From contig CM074805.1 in the NCBI GenBank assembly GCA_037447605.1, forward strand, positions 4,311,361 through 4,375,360: 64,000 nucleotides of DNA, given 5' to 3'. Under the pieces are notes generated by a model. The model had not been told where the DNA came from, made no database searches, and saw only the letters and a list, made by a program, of their open reading frames with translations. Both the position numbers and the translations under genes were made by a program. The DNA comes from Zygnema circumcarinatum SAG 698-1b. Its lineage: Eukaryota > Plantae > Zygnematophyceae. This document shows, in pieces, positions 1-11,332 of this stretch; the first letter of the stretch is position 1; each line of letters begins with the position of its first letter.

Positions 1-299
1 AACGACCTACGACTCTTTTAGACCCTGGGACTGCTTTGAATGGCCGCATTATGGCATGAGCGCCTTACAGCTTACACCTTATCATGGGCATAAGCATGGG
101 CATGGGCTTTATTGACATGGCGCGAAAATGAGCATCGCCATAACTACCTCACAAAGGTATGCATCTACACGACTATACAGACCCAGATCTTTGTCTAAAA
201 GACGCAAAGAGCGTAAGCAATATTGACAACACTACGGAAGAAAACTAGTTGAAACCTTTGCTTAGCAATGGGTTCCCTGTTCTCCGCAGCCCTTTTCAC

Positions 300-3130
300 T
301 CACATTCTGCTGGAGTCTCGTCCAAAGATGGCTTTCTTGGTCCAGTCGAAAACCACGAGGAACCGAGTACGCCAACTCACTTGCTTGCTGCCCCGTGGCC
401 AGACACTTTCATGTTTCAGTTTTATGAAAAATCCGGGTGCTTTAAGTATATACAGAATGCTACATAGAGAGTGGCGAGAGTAGAGTGGATCGGGGCAGTC
501 ACGAAGCAGATTTCAACGGTCTGACTTTGAGATTCTATTGGTCAAAACATTAGCTTAGCTCAAATGTGTGAATTCTTCTGCATTTCATCAAGCGGGTGGG
601 TTGAACTAAAGACTAAAAGCAGGAAGTTTGAAGCTCACCTCGCGTATACCGAGTACCATAGCCACATTGAAGATTGACCCAAATTGACCCAATCACCCGG
701 TAGCTCGACTCCTGCCTCTCCACTGCCTAAAGGAGCGAACTGTCCGAGATGTCGATACCTGAGAAAACCAACAGCTACCAACATACTGTGAGTTCGGAAA
801 CGAACCCCGACATTCGCTCACCAATTTGCAGCGGCAAGTCTCAAGTAAAAAAAAGCTGTGGCTATCTCTCCCATCTCATACTTAAAGGGCTTAAATCGAT
901 GTCTCCCTGTCCCCCTAACACGCAAGGGGCCTTCAGACGGAGCGTCATCATCCTGCAACTTGTTGAAACATTTTGCCAAATAGTCCCCTTGCTGCGCTGC
1001 AACCTGAGCACTCCCAGCCCAACACACCCACATTCTGCCAATTCATATTTCTGCAGCATAAGAAAAAGAAGCACTGATGCTTTTCGCTGATCAGAATCGT
1101 TCTCCAATTCGAAATCAGCAAAACTTCGGCGGTTGCTCACCTTGCATGTGATATTTGTCAATGCAAAGATTCCAGAAGCCTTTTCACTCTACTTCTGTTT
1201 TTTGAACGAGGAGCAGAATATGGGAACGGTTCGATTCTGAGCGAGTTTTAAACTCCTCAGAGAAACGGCGACGTCAAAATTAGCTTACCTGGGCGGTGGC
1301 AGGAAGTGACTTCATTTGAGAATCAACCTTTCCTAGTGCCCTTTCAAACTCTCGAATGCTGATTTTTTGAGTTTTTTTGGCTAAACCACGAGCTTCCGGC
1401 GCTGCCTCGGGATGTGCGTCCTGCAGAGGAGAAAGTGAAGAAAGTGAAGGAGAAGTGAGAGGAGAGAGAAGACGAGAAAACAAAAGGAGATGACGAACGG
1501 GCAGAAGAGAAAGGGGGAAAAGCGAGACGAGTGAGGAACAGACAATGAAGTTGCAATATCAGCATTGCCTCATCTGCCTCTGTGTGCTGCTGCAACAATG
1601 AGGTTGATGATTTCACACTGTCAACATGAACCGGAATGTAGAAGAGAATCGATGTGCACCCTCAGCAAGTCCCGGAATGTCTGACGTTTAAGAAAGATCG
1701 ACATCTGCGGATATCGCTCCTTCACTTTTTGCAGCACGTCTGTCAGCTCTTTGACAGTTAGCATGCCATCCTTATCTGTATCTGCCATCTCGAAGAGCAG
1801 TGAGATATCGTCCTGCCAGGACGAAAAACAGACCCCGGCACTTTGAAACAATTCAGCAACATTCAAGAAATTGTAGTAAACAAGTGCACACGAGCAATTT
1901 AAAGAGAAAAGTGCTGCTGTTTTTCCTCACTCTCACACGCCTAAGATGGAAACAAGAGTTACAGAATCCCTTTCTCACAACCCGACCTCCTTCCCTCTCC
2001 TCCCTCCATTCCTCTCCCTTCCTTACATTCATCTTGCGCTGCTCTATAGTTGCGCAATCGCCCATCGCCCACACATCGTAGCAGCCCTTCACTCGCAGCC
2101 ACTCATCAGTTGCAAGGGCGCGCCTGTCCCCCTGAGGGAACACGTCCCAGCCAAATTCTGCTTCTCGTCAGACTTCATCCCATCCTTCCCAGCCTTCTCC
2201 CACCCACCCCTTCCCTCCCTCCCCTCCCCGCCCCTCCCTCCCTCCCGCCCCTCCCGGCCCCTCCCTCCCTCCCCTACCTCCCCCTCCCTCCCACCCTCCC
2301 CTTCCCTCCCTCCCTTCCCCGCCCCTCCCTCCCTCCCGCCCCTCCCCGCCCCTCCCTCTCTCCCCTACCTCCCTCCCTCCCTCCCTCCCGCCCCTCCCTC
2401 CCTCCCGCCCCTCCCCGGCCCTCCCTCCCTCCGCCCCTCCCCGCCCCTCCCTCCCTCCCCTACCTCCCCTCCCTCCCTCCCTCCCTCCCTCCCCCACCCC
2501 TCTCCCTCCTTCCCCCCCCTCCTTCTCTCCCTCGCTCCCTCCCTCGTTCCCTCTCCCTTTAAAGCAAGGAAGTCTCAACAGTGCAGAGGAGCTCCAACGG
2601 CGGAGCAAGGTCCGGTTTCCACCTGCCCAACTTTGCACATGAGGGAAGTGATGACCGGCCTCGTGCCGATGCCCGTTGACCACACGATCATGCCATAGTC
2701 GCAACGCTGCTTTTGGCCCGTCCACTTGTCCCGGAACCCAATGTCATGTTCCCCAACATCAATAACTCGGGCCCCTGTCTTCACATAAATGCCATCACGC
2801 TGAAACTTTTTTGTTGCGAAGTCGCTGATTCGCTGGTCAAACCTGCAAACGCCTTTGGACTTTTCTTATCAAGGTTTTGTCATGCTTTTTTTAGATAACG
2901 ACTTGCACTTGCAGGTTTAGCGAGATCCTGGCCTTGACGGCAATGTTTCTGATGACCCTCATCCATGTTGAGGAAACAGGCCGATGACATTGTCATGACA
3001 ATCTTTGACTTACATCTAACGTTTCAAACTTTTAGAACGGCGTATTTGTTAAGGGAAAGAGAGCACATCGAGTAAAGGAAAGAGCTAATGTTTCAGAAGG
3101 GAATGGACAAGGTCCCCTACGACAACTCTC

Positions 3131-3191
<61 letters not shown>

Positions 3192-5462
3192 CCCCCCCCC
3201 CACTCTCTCTCTCACTCCGCGTGTGTACACATTCGTGAACGAGTGAACGATGGAACGATGGTCTCTCATCGTGATGAGAGACCAGGCTCACATGAGACAA
3301 AACCCAGGCTAAACTCACATGTTGAGGATGTGATCGCCAGACTGAATGAGAGTGATGTGTGCCAAATCGGCCAGTCCCGGATACAGCTTCGAAAGGTCAT
3401 CCTTTACAAGATCGTGCAGCTCTGCGGCATACTCGACTCCTGTGGGACCTCCTCCCACCACTACAAAGTGAAGCAACCTGCAGTTCCTCCCACAGAACAG
3501 CAACAACCCGTCTGCTTGAAATGGAGGATAGGACGAGTTTATACATAGGATTTTTTTGTATGCAACCTGAAGGCAATAGTGTGACCAATGGAAAGGACCT
3601 ACCTCTTTTTCTCTTCTTCACTTAACCCAGGCAAAGCTGCCGCCTCAAACAAGTCGACCACATGTTCGCGTATCTTTTCGGCATCTTCGATTTCCTGCAA
3701 GTCCAGCCTTAGATATCAGCCCATTCAATATGTTCTTCCAGGTCTAACTTGAGAAAAGAGAAGAACATAGGTAAAATTGCTTGAATCACCTTCAGAAAAT
3801 GACAGTACTCTGAAACTCCTGGTGTATTGAAGGTGTTGACGTTCGCCCCTACAGCAATCACTAAATAGTCGTAGTCGACGGAAAATTCTTTTTGGCCTAC
3901 TTTTTCTATCGGAGTCACGTCCCGACACCGTACAGTCTTCTTGAACGGATCCATGTCAATACACTCCGCCTCCAAAAACTGGGCTGCCTTATGGTTCTGC
4001 AAACCTCCGGAAGATGATCCTTACCAATCTTAGAAAAATAGAAACTATATGCTAGCACTGAGCTTTTACAAAAACTGAACGATAACTTGTATTTGGCAAG
4101 GGCATTAACTTTACAATTTCCTCAAACAACAAGCGTATAGATCATCACATGCAAAACGCAACCCTGAACAAGTTAGACTGCTCAATCCACATGCACGTGT
4201 TCGTTATGCTTCGTTTGAATCGTTCAAAAACTTTTTGACACCTACTGCATAAAGCTATGGGTGTTTCAAGAATGAAGGAAAGATATTTAATAACTTGGTC
4301 ATTGCAGGAACCACGATTGGACTCTCCTTGCACATTTCCAAGGTAAAGGGTTCATTCATTGTTTGGCGACTGGGCAAGCAAATATCGGCAAAGCTTGGGA
4401 TGTGGCAGAATTGCGTATTTTAGTATTTGTGCTGATGCAGATGGGTCGAAACACGACCATTGTGACCAAACCCTGATTTGCAAACCAAACCTGTCTCTTG
4501 ACCCAAACACTGCTAATTCTTTCTGAAGAGTTGACTTGCCCTAAGGCTTGAACGGAGACTCTCACCCGAACAATAATCCGACGAATGGGCTCCGCAACAC
4601 TCCGAGCCTCTACCGACCCAGAAGTGACACCTGGCAAGAGAGGAGTAAACAGAAAATAGTTGCGGGGGGAGATGACAACAACATCGTATATACTCGTGTC
4701 GAGGTTCTTCAAAAAGCTCATCCCTCCCCAACCAGTGCCCAAAACCACAATTCTTTTCTTTTTTTTCTCGCTAACTTCACTTGTCTCCTGATTATTTGAA
4801 ATTTCGCCTGCTGCCTCCTCTCCTGAAGAGCTGCTAGGTGGTGCAGGGCCTCCTCCGGAATCAGACGAAGCTAGCCCGAGTGTTCCAATGCAACCACTGC
4901 AAAGGCCATGCAAAGTTCAATTTTTAGGAGACTCTCCCTCACACTCCCTCACACCCGTCATCCCCTTCTCTCTCTCTCCCTCCCTCCGTCTCTCCTCCCG
5001 CTCCCACTTTTCCCTGCCTCCCCGCCTCATCGTCCCTCTGCAATCCCGCGCATTCGCTCTGTATGCCTAGCTATAAGCACAGAAAGTCTGCGCTGAGCTT
5101 CATAAAGGTTTAACTTTTTACACAGAAGTGTGCATGTGAAGAACAGGGTGCTAAAGCTAAGCCAAGCTGAGCCTCAGCTTCAAAAAAATGGCGGACTTTA
5201 CTTAGACGACCAAAGGACTAAAATACCTTGCAGCCAAACCAAACAGAAGAGGGCTGAAATTTTGCAGCTTTCTTGTGGATCCATCATCGTTCTTTCCTGA
5301 AAACTGCGCCGCCTGCTGAGTGACAGCGCTCTCACTTTCTACCCCTGTCCGCGGAGTACCACGTGGTAGCTCCCCCTGATTTGCCTTTCTCGGCTGCTTG
5401 CTGCTTCCAAAAATAGAAGACGAGCTTCGCAGGCGGCTGAAGGCTGCCCTGAGTCGCTGCAT
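300..5462 (-). CDS. NDB1: External alternative (type II) mitochondrial NAD(P)H dehydrogenase, NDB family, with EF-hand; 12 exons, 654 aa
   Basis: complement(join(300..387,639..758,882..1003,1289..1420,1660..1812,2027..2131,2623..2842,3319..3477,3603..3694,3790..3996,4566..4896,5227..5462)) = 1965 nt, open frame, all GT-AG. Motifs: [40 protein letters not shown]-hand [54 protein letters not shown]. Confidence 0.93.
2195..2560. repeat. C-rich low-complexity tract in NDB intron 2132..2622 (G-rich on the sense strand)
   Basis: About 360 nt of CCCT/CCCCG-type units; it explains the Pro-rich and Gly/Arg/Glu ORFs in the track. Confidence 0.9.
3130..3188. repeat. (CT)n microsatellite in an NDB intron
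   Basis: Uninterrupted CT run followed by a C homopolymer. Confidence 0.9.
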
Positions 5463-6273
5463 TGTTGCAGGATCCTTCAGAAATTGGAGAAGAGACCACT
5501 CTCACATCACTCTAGGGCGAGAGAAGCATCTGCATCCCATGAATGATCACGAATATTATAATGAGATGTGTTCTTGCTTATCCAAAAAGCGATCAGAGAC
5601 TAACCCTAAAGCAGGGGACGTACTGGAATATACAATCAGCTCCCAGGCTGCATAAGGCAATTCAAAAAGTAGCATGAGACAGCTCTATAACATATAGTGG
5701 CCTCGCCATATCCATACCTTCTTCTCATTCTGCAGCTCCAATAGGGACGCCCTCTGACGCCATGGAAGGAGAAGGGGAGCTTCAGGAAGCCATGACCTCC
5801 TGTGACAGGGAGGGAAGGGTTTTTTTTTTTTCCCCCCTTTCCAGCCTGACCAGATGGCCCCTTCAAGAAATATAGTTGGCACGGTTTGGGCAGCCGGGCA
5901 GCCTAAAAATCTCGTTCCGGGCAGCCCAAAAATTAGCTTCGTTAACAGCCAAGACTGCCACGTCATCTATTCTTCCGAGAAGTCCGGCTTCTTGTTGCCA
6001 CGTGGTACCAATAGAAGCTCGTAAAACTCTTCCAAACTCCCCGTGGATGGTCACGTGGCGCCACCTTGTGTCTCGCGGGGACGCAGCAGGTCCACGTGGC
6101 ACATGGCCCAAATACGACCAGGGAGTCTGAACCTAATCCGACCTGACAAACGTTGTACGGACATGACGTACGGCTTCCCACAAACTTTCTGCTTTGTTGT
6201 TGAACATGAGCATGGAAGTGGCATTGACCTCACGATGGCGATGATGCCATCAAATGTACATAGACAAAATCAT

Positions 6274-6463
6274 CAGCATGGGGAACCACGAGGAACTAAC
6301 TGGGCGCAAAGGACCCAAGGACAAAAGAAAAAAGCAGATGAAGACGAAGATGAAGATCCCGACGGCGAGTTCGCCTAGAAGCAGAGTTTCAGCTCGCAGC
6401 ACTTTCTTTCCATTGTCAATCGGTCCTCTGTGAGCGGTTGGTTCCTCGTGGTTCCCCGTGTTG
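6274..6463 (+). ncRNA. Candidate miRNA/siRNA-like hairpin precursor
   Basis: 6274..6315 pairs ungapped with 6422..6463 (i+j=12737): 34 Watson-Crick, 5 G:U and 3 mismatched pairs on the + strand. The loop has further pairing (GACAA/TTGTC, AAGAAA/TTTCTT, GGCGA-GT-TCGCC). No expression evidence. Confidence 0.5.
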
Positions 6464-6545
6464 CTGTTGTTGTTCGCCATGTCATGTTGTACCTTTCATG
6501 GCATCCCCATCGTGAGGACAATGCCAACCTGCATTCTATCGTGTT

Positions 6546-6619
6546 GTACGGTATATATGGGCAAAGACACAAGACATTGCACAATCGTACATCCGTACGT
6601 TTCTGTTTTCGTACAGTAC
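6546..6619. promoter_or_regulatory. GTAC cluster (SBP/SPL-type or CuRE-like core)
   Basis: GTAC at 6546, 6587, 6595, 6611, 6616, plus 6155, 6168, 6256, 6489; TATATAT near 6553. Confidence 0.4.
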
Positions 6620-6735
6620 GAAACATCTTGTCGGTTCTGCGGGAAGGCGGCCGCGTGGCAGCGCTGCGGCCTCGGAAGTCGGAACTCGCCGGCCGTGTGG
6701 CCGCGTGCCAGCGAGGCGTTCCCGAGACTCGGGAG

Positions 6736-6792
6736 CCAATCGGCCCTCGCCACGTCAGAAGTAAATGACACGTGGCATTGATCATTGATTGG
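6736..6792. promoter_or_regulatory. Dyad CCAAT/G-box module A upstream of CCD1
   Basis: CCAAT(6736)-N10-CACGT(6751), CACGTG(6769), ATTGG(6788). The forward half is exact; the reverse half has N13 spacing. Confidence 0.5.
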
Positions 6793-6884
6793 TCCCGGCC
6801 CTCAAACTGTACTGGGGCGTCGACGAGGCCCCTGCGGCCTTGAAAGTGTGGACAGCGGCAGCTGGTCCTGCGGCTCGGCAGCAC

Positions 6885-7020
6885 AGGGAGAGCGAGGAGA
6901 GAGAGAGGAGAGAGGGAGGAGAGGAGAGAGGAGAGAGGAGAGAGGAGAGAGGAGAGAGGAGAGAGGAGAGAGGAAAGGGAGGGAGGGAGGGGAGGGAGGA
7001 AGAGAAGGAAAGAGGGAGGA
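6885..7020. repeat. GA-rich (GAGAG)n tract just upstream of the CCD1 ATG
   Basis: Purine-only tract 5' of ATG 7029. Confidence 0.85.
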
Positions 7021-7028
7021 GGACAGCC

Positions 7029-7495
7029 ATGGTGCTTGCAGGGGAGCTCGCGCAGAGCCATGGCTCCACAGTGCAGGGCGACAAGGAGGGCGTGCCGATA
7101 TCAATGGCGTTGAGCATCTGGGTGTGCGACGCCATAGAGGCGTACCTGAACCTCTGGAAGCCCGAGGAGAAGTCGAACATGTTTCTGAGCGGCGCGTTCG
7201 GCCCTGTGGACGAGGGCGCGCTGGAGAAGGACCTGCCTGTGCAGGGATCTCTCCCGGTGCGGCCCCTGCCTGACACGTGGTCGCGTGTGTAGGCACTAGC
7301 TACGCATGGAACATATTCAAAGCGTGTAACTATTACGGATATATGAGAAGCATAGAACAGGTGCTGATGGCGCGGGGCGTGATGCAGGCGTGTCTGAATG
7401 GGGAGTTCGTACGGAATGGGCCTAACCCCTACTTCATGCCCAAGCGCGGCTATCACTGGTGAGCGGCTGATAGTACATAGCAGATGGAGAATGAA

Positions 7496-7526
<31 letters not shown>

Positions 7527-10500
7527 AAAGAGATGGATAGGGAGTGGGTGATGAGAATGACAATGTGAGAATGGAGAGTGAGTAGGGAGGCGAAGAGTGT
7601 GGTTGAGGGTGCAAGGGGGGGAGTGATGTGCAGAAAAAGTGATTTTGTGAGGGAATAACAGGGGCGTTTGTGGTGAAAATGGAAGCTGGGCAGTTTAAAT
7701 GAAGGATTTTAAGGATGTAAATATTTGTGGAGGAATATGATTGCGCATGCAATAGAGAGTTGCAGATTTGAGAATGGCAAATGCATTTTGAGAGAAAAAA
7801 AAGGCGAGACTGAGAGAAAATCAGAGGGAGTGCATTGGGGGAGAGGAGAAAAGGTCACTGCTCGAATGGATGAAAGGTGCACTGAAGGAGATATGGAAGT
7901 CTATCGATGAGATGGTATAATGGATGGGAAAGGGAAATAGGCGAGTCTGGCTAATGACAATGATTGGACGCATGGCAGAAGAGTGAGAGCGTGGGGGGTC
8001 GAGGAAGAACGAAACAGAGGGAGAGAGAGTGGGGAAGGGAGGAGCGCGGGGGTTGAGAGTCTTAGCCATATCTTGCAGCCTATTAGCCCTTCCTTTCCTC
8101 CACTGTACGCTAAAGAGGCCTTCATGGATATGTATGTGCTCATGTGCAGGTTCGATGGTGATGGGTAAGTCTCCGTCACTGACATGCTGCTGAAGCGTCA
8201 ACCATGCATGCCAAGCCATCCTATTGTACACCACTAAAAATGTTCTAAGAATGTAGCCATTCTGTCAGAGAAGGTTATTCTCCCGCACTTATTCAAAGCC
8301 CAGTGGAATCTCTGACGTCATCTTCTGTGACAGTTCTGCTCTTCTTCTGGCAAAGCTTTTAGGGTCAACGTTCATATGCATGCTCAGTCTGAGGTGGCTC
8401 TAGACGGCTGCAGAATGTTACATGGAGTGCGTATCCGTGATGGCCGCGCAAGCTATGTCGGGAGATATGTGCAGACTCACCGCTTGAAAACCGAAAAGGT
8501 TTTTGGAGCCCCCAAATTCATTAAGGTGTGGGTGACCTGTTTACAATGGCTAAGTTTAAACACGGGCAATCTCAAATTTTGAGATATGATAGATGTATAT
8601 GATATATACATATATATGTGTGAGATATGGGTTGAGCTGACATGTAAGGGTGGGAGAGGGGTGTGGTAGTGCAGCTCGGAGACATGACCGGGTGGGTCGG
8701 CCTTGGAAAGCTACTCCTTTGGGAGCTGCGGCTGAAGTTGGGGATTGTCGACAAGTCAAAAGGGATGGGCACAGGTGCTATGCTGCGCTGTTCTTCCTTT
8801 GAATTGTGTTCTCTTGAGCATAGTACGCAAAATACATACATATATTCATTCATTCATTCATTCATTCATTGCTTTCATTTTCCCTTATCCTGAGTTCCGC
8901 CACATTTTCCAACTGGAACTTGTGCAGGCAACACGGCTTTGGTGTACCACAGTGGTCGCTTGCTCGCGCTCAATGAAGGAGATGCTCCATGTAAGCAACT
9001 TAGCTTCTCGAAAGGAATGCAATCTGAAGGAGAGCTATTTCGATATTGAGGGGTTCCATACTTTAGCATCCCGATATGGAATCCCAATTTGCTTGTTACG
9101 GATTACGACGTGCTAATGCAGTCGAGGGTCAGAATGCGTAGCAAGAAAATTCTGATTTCATAACGGGAAGCCGAGTCTGAACCCCTTTTTGTGAACAAAC
9201 AATGCAGCCAATTACCTTCTTTCCTTTTCGTACAATAAGGCACTGAGGTCAGGAATAGGGGAATGGGCTGAGCAGATGTAGTGCAAGTTCTTCAAGATGG
9301 GGAGTTGGAGACAGGGGGTCGTCTCACCTATGAAGGAGCCCTTCAGCACAACTTTACGGCACACCCTAAAGTGGACCCTGTGACAGGTCTGTTATTCAGA
9401 CCCGTTTATGAGACTCAAATGTCCGTGCTTAGGGAAGTACAGCCCCTTTAACAAGCTCAGAAATCTCGTTTTATCTTCTCCCACAGGAGAGATGTTCACA
9501 TTCGGCTACAACGCTGCAAAAGCACCCTATGTGGTGTACCGTGTTGTATCTCCCGAGGGGCAACTCAGTGAGCCGGTCCCCATCACCGTCCCCAGACCCA
9601 TCATCATGCATGATTTTGCAATTACTGAACGATATGCCATCTTCATGGATCTCCCATTGCTGTTCAAACCGGAAAACATCCCTAAGGGAAGCTTTCCCCT
9701 CTCTTTCGACTCCTCCATTCCTGCGAGATATGGAATTTTGCCACGATATGCGGACTCGGAAGCTCCGATGAAGTGGTTTGAGTTGCCATCCCACTTCGTC
9801 ATGCACGTCGGTAAGGGCTCTCCTCGCCGAATGAGAGAGAACAAGATAGTGAGAGAGAGTGAGGGGGAAAAGGAGGGGAGAGGGGGGGAGGGGGTGGGGG
9901 GTGAGAAGGAAATTAGTAGGAATCTGTATATTTTTCTTGACTGACAGCCATTCGATGTTCTTCCTGCTTCTGAACTCATCCTCAAAAGCAGTTCTTGATT
10001 CCATACACGTTTTCTGGGATTCTCTGCACGTTGATGCAGCCAATGCGTGGGAAGAAGGGGATGAAGTAGTTCTGATTGCCTGCCATATTCCGGATTTAGA
10101 CCTCTCCAAGATAGCAGACGAAGGCCAGGAGGAGAAGCATCTGAGCAGCTTGTAAGTTTCTTGAAATTAGGGTTTCTGGGAGCTTGAACTTTTAAGTGCC
10201 TAAACAAGTCTCACGCCTCTCTGCTGGTGATAACTCTGTTTGCTTTAACTTTCAGCTTCAGATTCTTGCAAGCATGCAAATCATTTTAGTCGTTTCTTAT
10301 GGATGCTCTGTGATGCTCGCAGACACGAGTTCCGCTTCAATATGGTGACAGGAAAGGCGAGCATGGTCCAACTGGGTGACTTCTTTTCCGACTTCCCCCG
10401 CATCAATGAGGCGTATGTTGGCAGGTATGCTTATTGGCCCTCTCCCACCCGTTTCCCTCTCCCACTCCCTCTTCATTTTCCTCTCTCTCTCTCGCCCTCT

Positions 10501-11332
10501 CCGTCGCACCTCCCGTCACTTTCCCCTTTTCCTCTTCCACGTCCTCTCTCTCTCCCTCTCCCCGCCTTTCAAAAGACAGTAACGTCAACTAACCCTCCCT
10601 TGGGACACCAAATGTGAATTCCACAGGAAGCAGAGGTACGTGTACTGCTCTGTGATGAAGTGCACAAAAATTGTGGGCGTTGCGAAATATGACCTCCTCC
10701 AGAAGCCGGAGATTGTGGGAGACAGCTCTCCCAGAGTAGCCGGCACGTGTGTGGGCTATTTCCCCCATGGACCATCCCGCTTCGGATCTGAGCCTGTCTT
10801 TGTGCCCCAAAAGCCCGGGACTGAGGGATCGGAAGATGACGGATATCTCCTCAACTTTGTTCACGATGAGAGCACGGGGTGAGATTGAAGGGCCTTTGTG
10901 GAGGTAGAGAGTTCGTAGGCTTTATACTGCTGTGTAGATTTCTTTGTGCAAGGTCCTGCATTCATTCATTTGTTGCTTCGGAAGGTGAGAGTGCACATAG
11001 ATTGTTCAAATGATTCTAAACGCTTCAAATCTGAGCTGGGTATTGCAGAAAGTCGGAGATGGTTGTGGTTGATGCTAAAACGATGGCTAAGGAGCCCACT
11101 GCGAGGGTCACCATGCCCCGGCGGGTCCCCTATGGCTTCCACGGAATTTTTGTGAGCGAGGTGAGTAAGGAGAGGGGCACTCTGCGTGAGAGACACTCTG
11201 ATAAATCTGTGGGAAACTGGGAGCTTTACGTTGCCACCTGTTCCTTTGTATGGTGCCTGATACTTTGAGTTGCGCGTTCGTTGTATGTACCAGGAACAAC
11301 TTGCTATGCAGAAGAAAGAACCAGTCATGTGA
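7029..11332 (+). CDS. CCD1: Carotenoid cleavage dioxygenase, CCD1-type; 13 exons, 546 aa
   Basis: join(7029..7256,7388..7458,8150..8164,8414..8525,8675..8774,8928..8990,9276..9386,9487..9810,10040..10151,10323..10424,10627..10878,11049..11160,11294..11332) = 1641 nt. Motifs: [65 protein letters not shown]. The four Fe-ligand His are present; no obvious plastid transit peptide. Confidence 0.93.

Noticed and set aside
1946-2725. Extensin-like Pro-rich ORFs
   Set aside because: They lie within an NDB intron on the opposite strand and derive from the C-rich tract.
4908-5096. [11 protein letters not shown]... resembling a mitochondrial presequence
   Set aside because: It is antisense to NDB and inside intron 1; the real first exon is 5227..5462.
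6250-6480. 76-aa ORF with a hydrophobic stretch and MxxxM, initially suggestive of a Cu-transporter fragment below GTAC boxes
   Set aside because: It coincides with the hairpin; the hydrophobic part is the antisense of the A/G-rich loop. It lacks the Met-rich N-terminus and third TM of COPT/CTR proteins.
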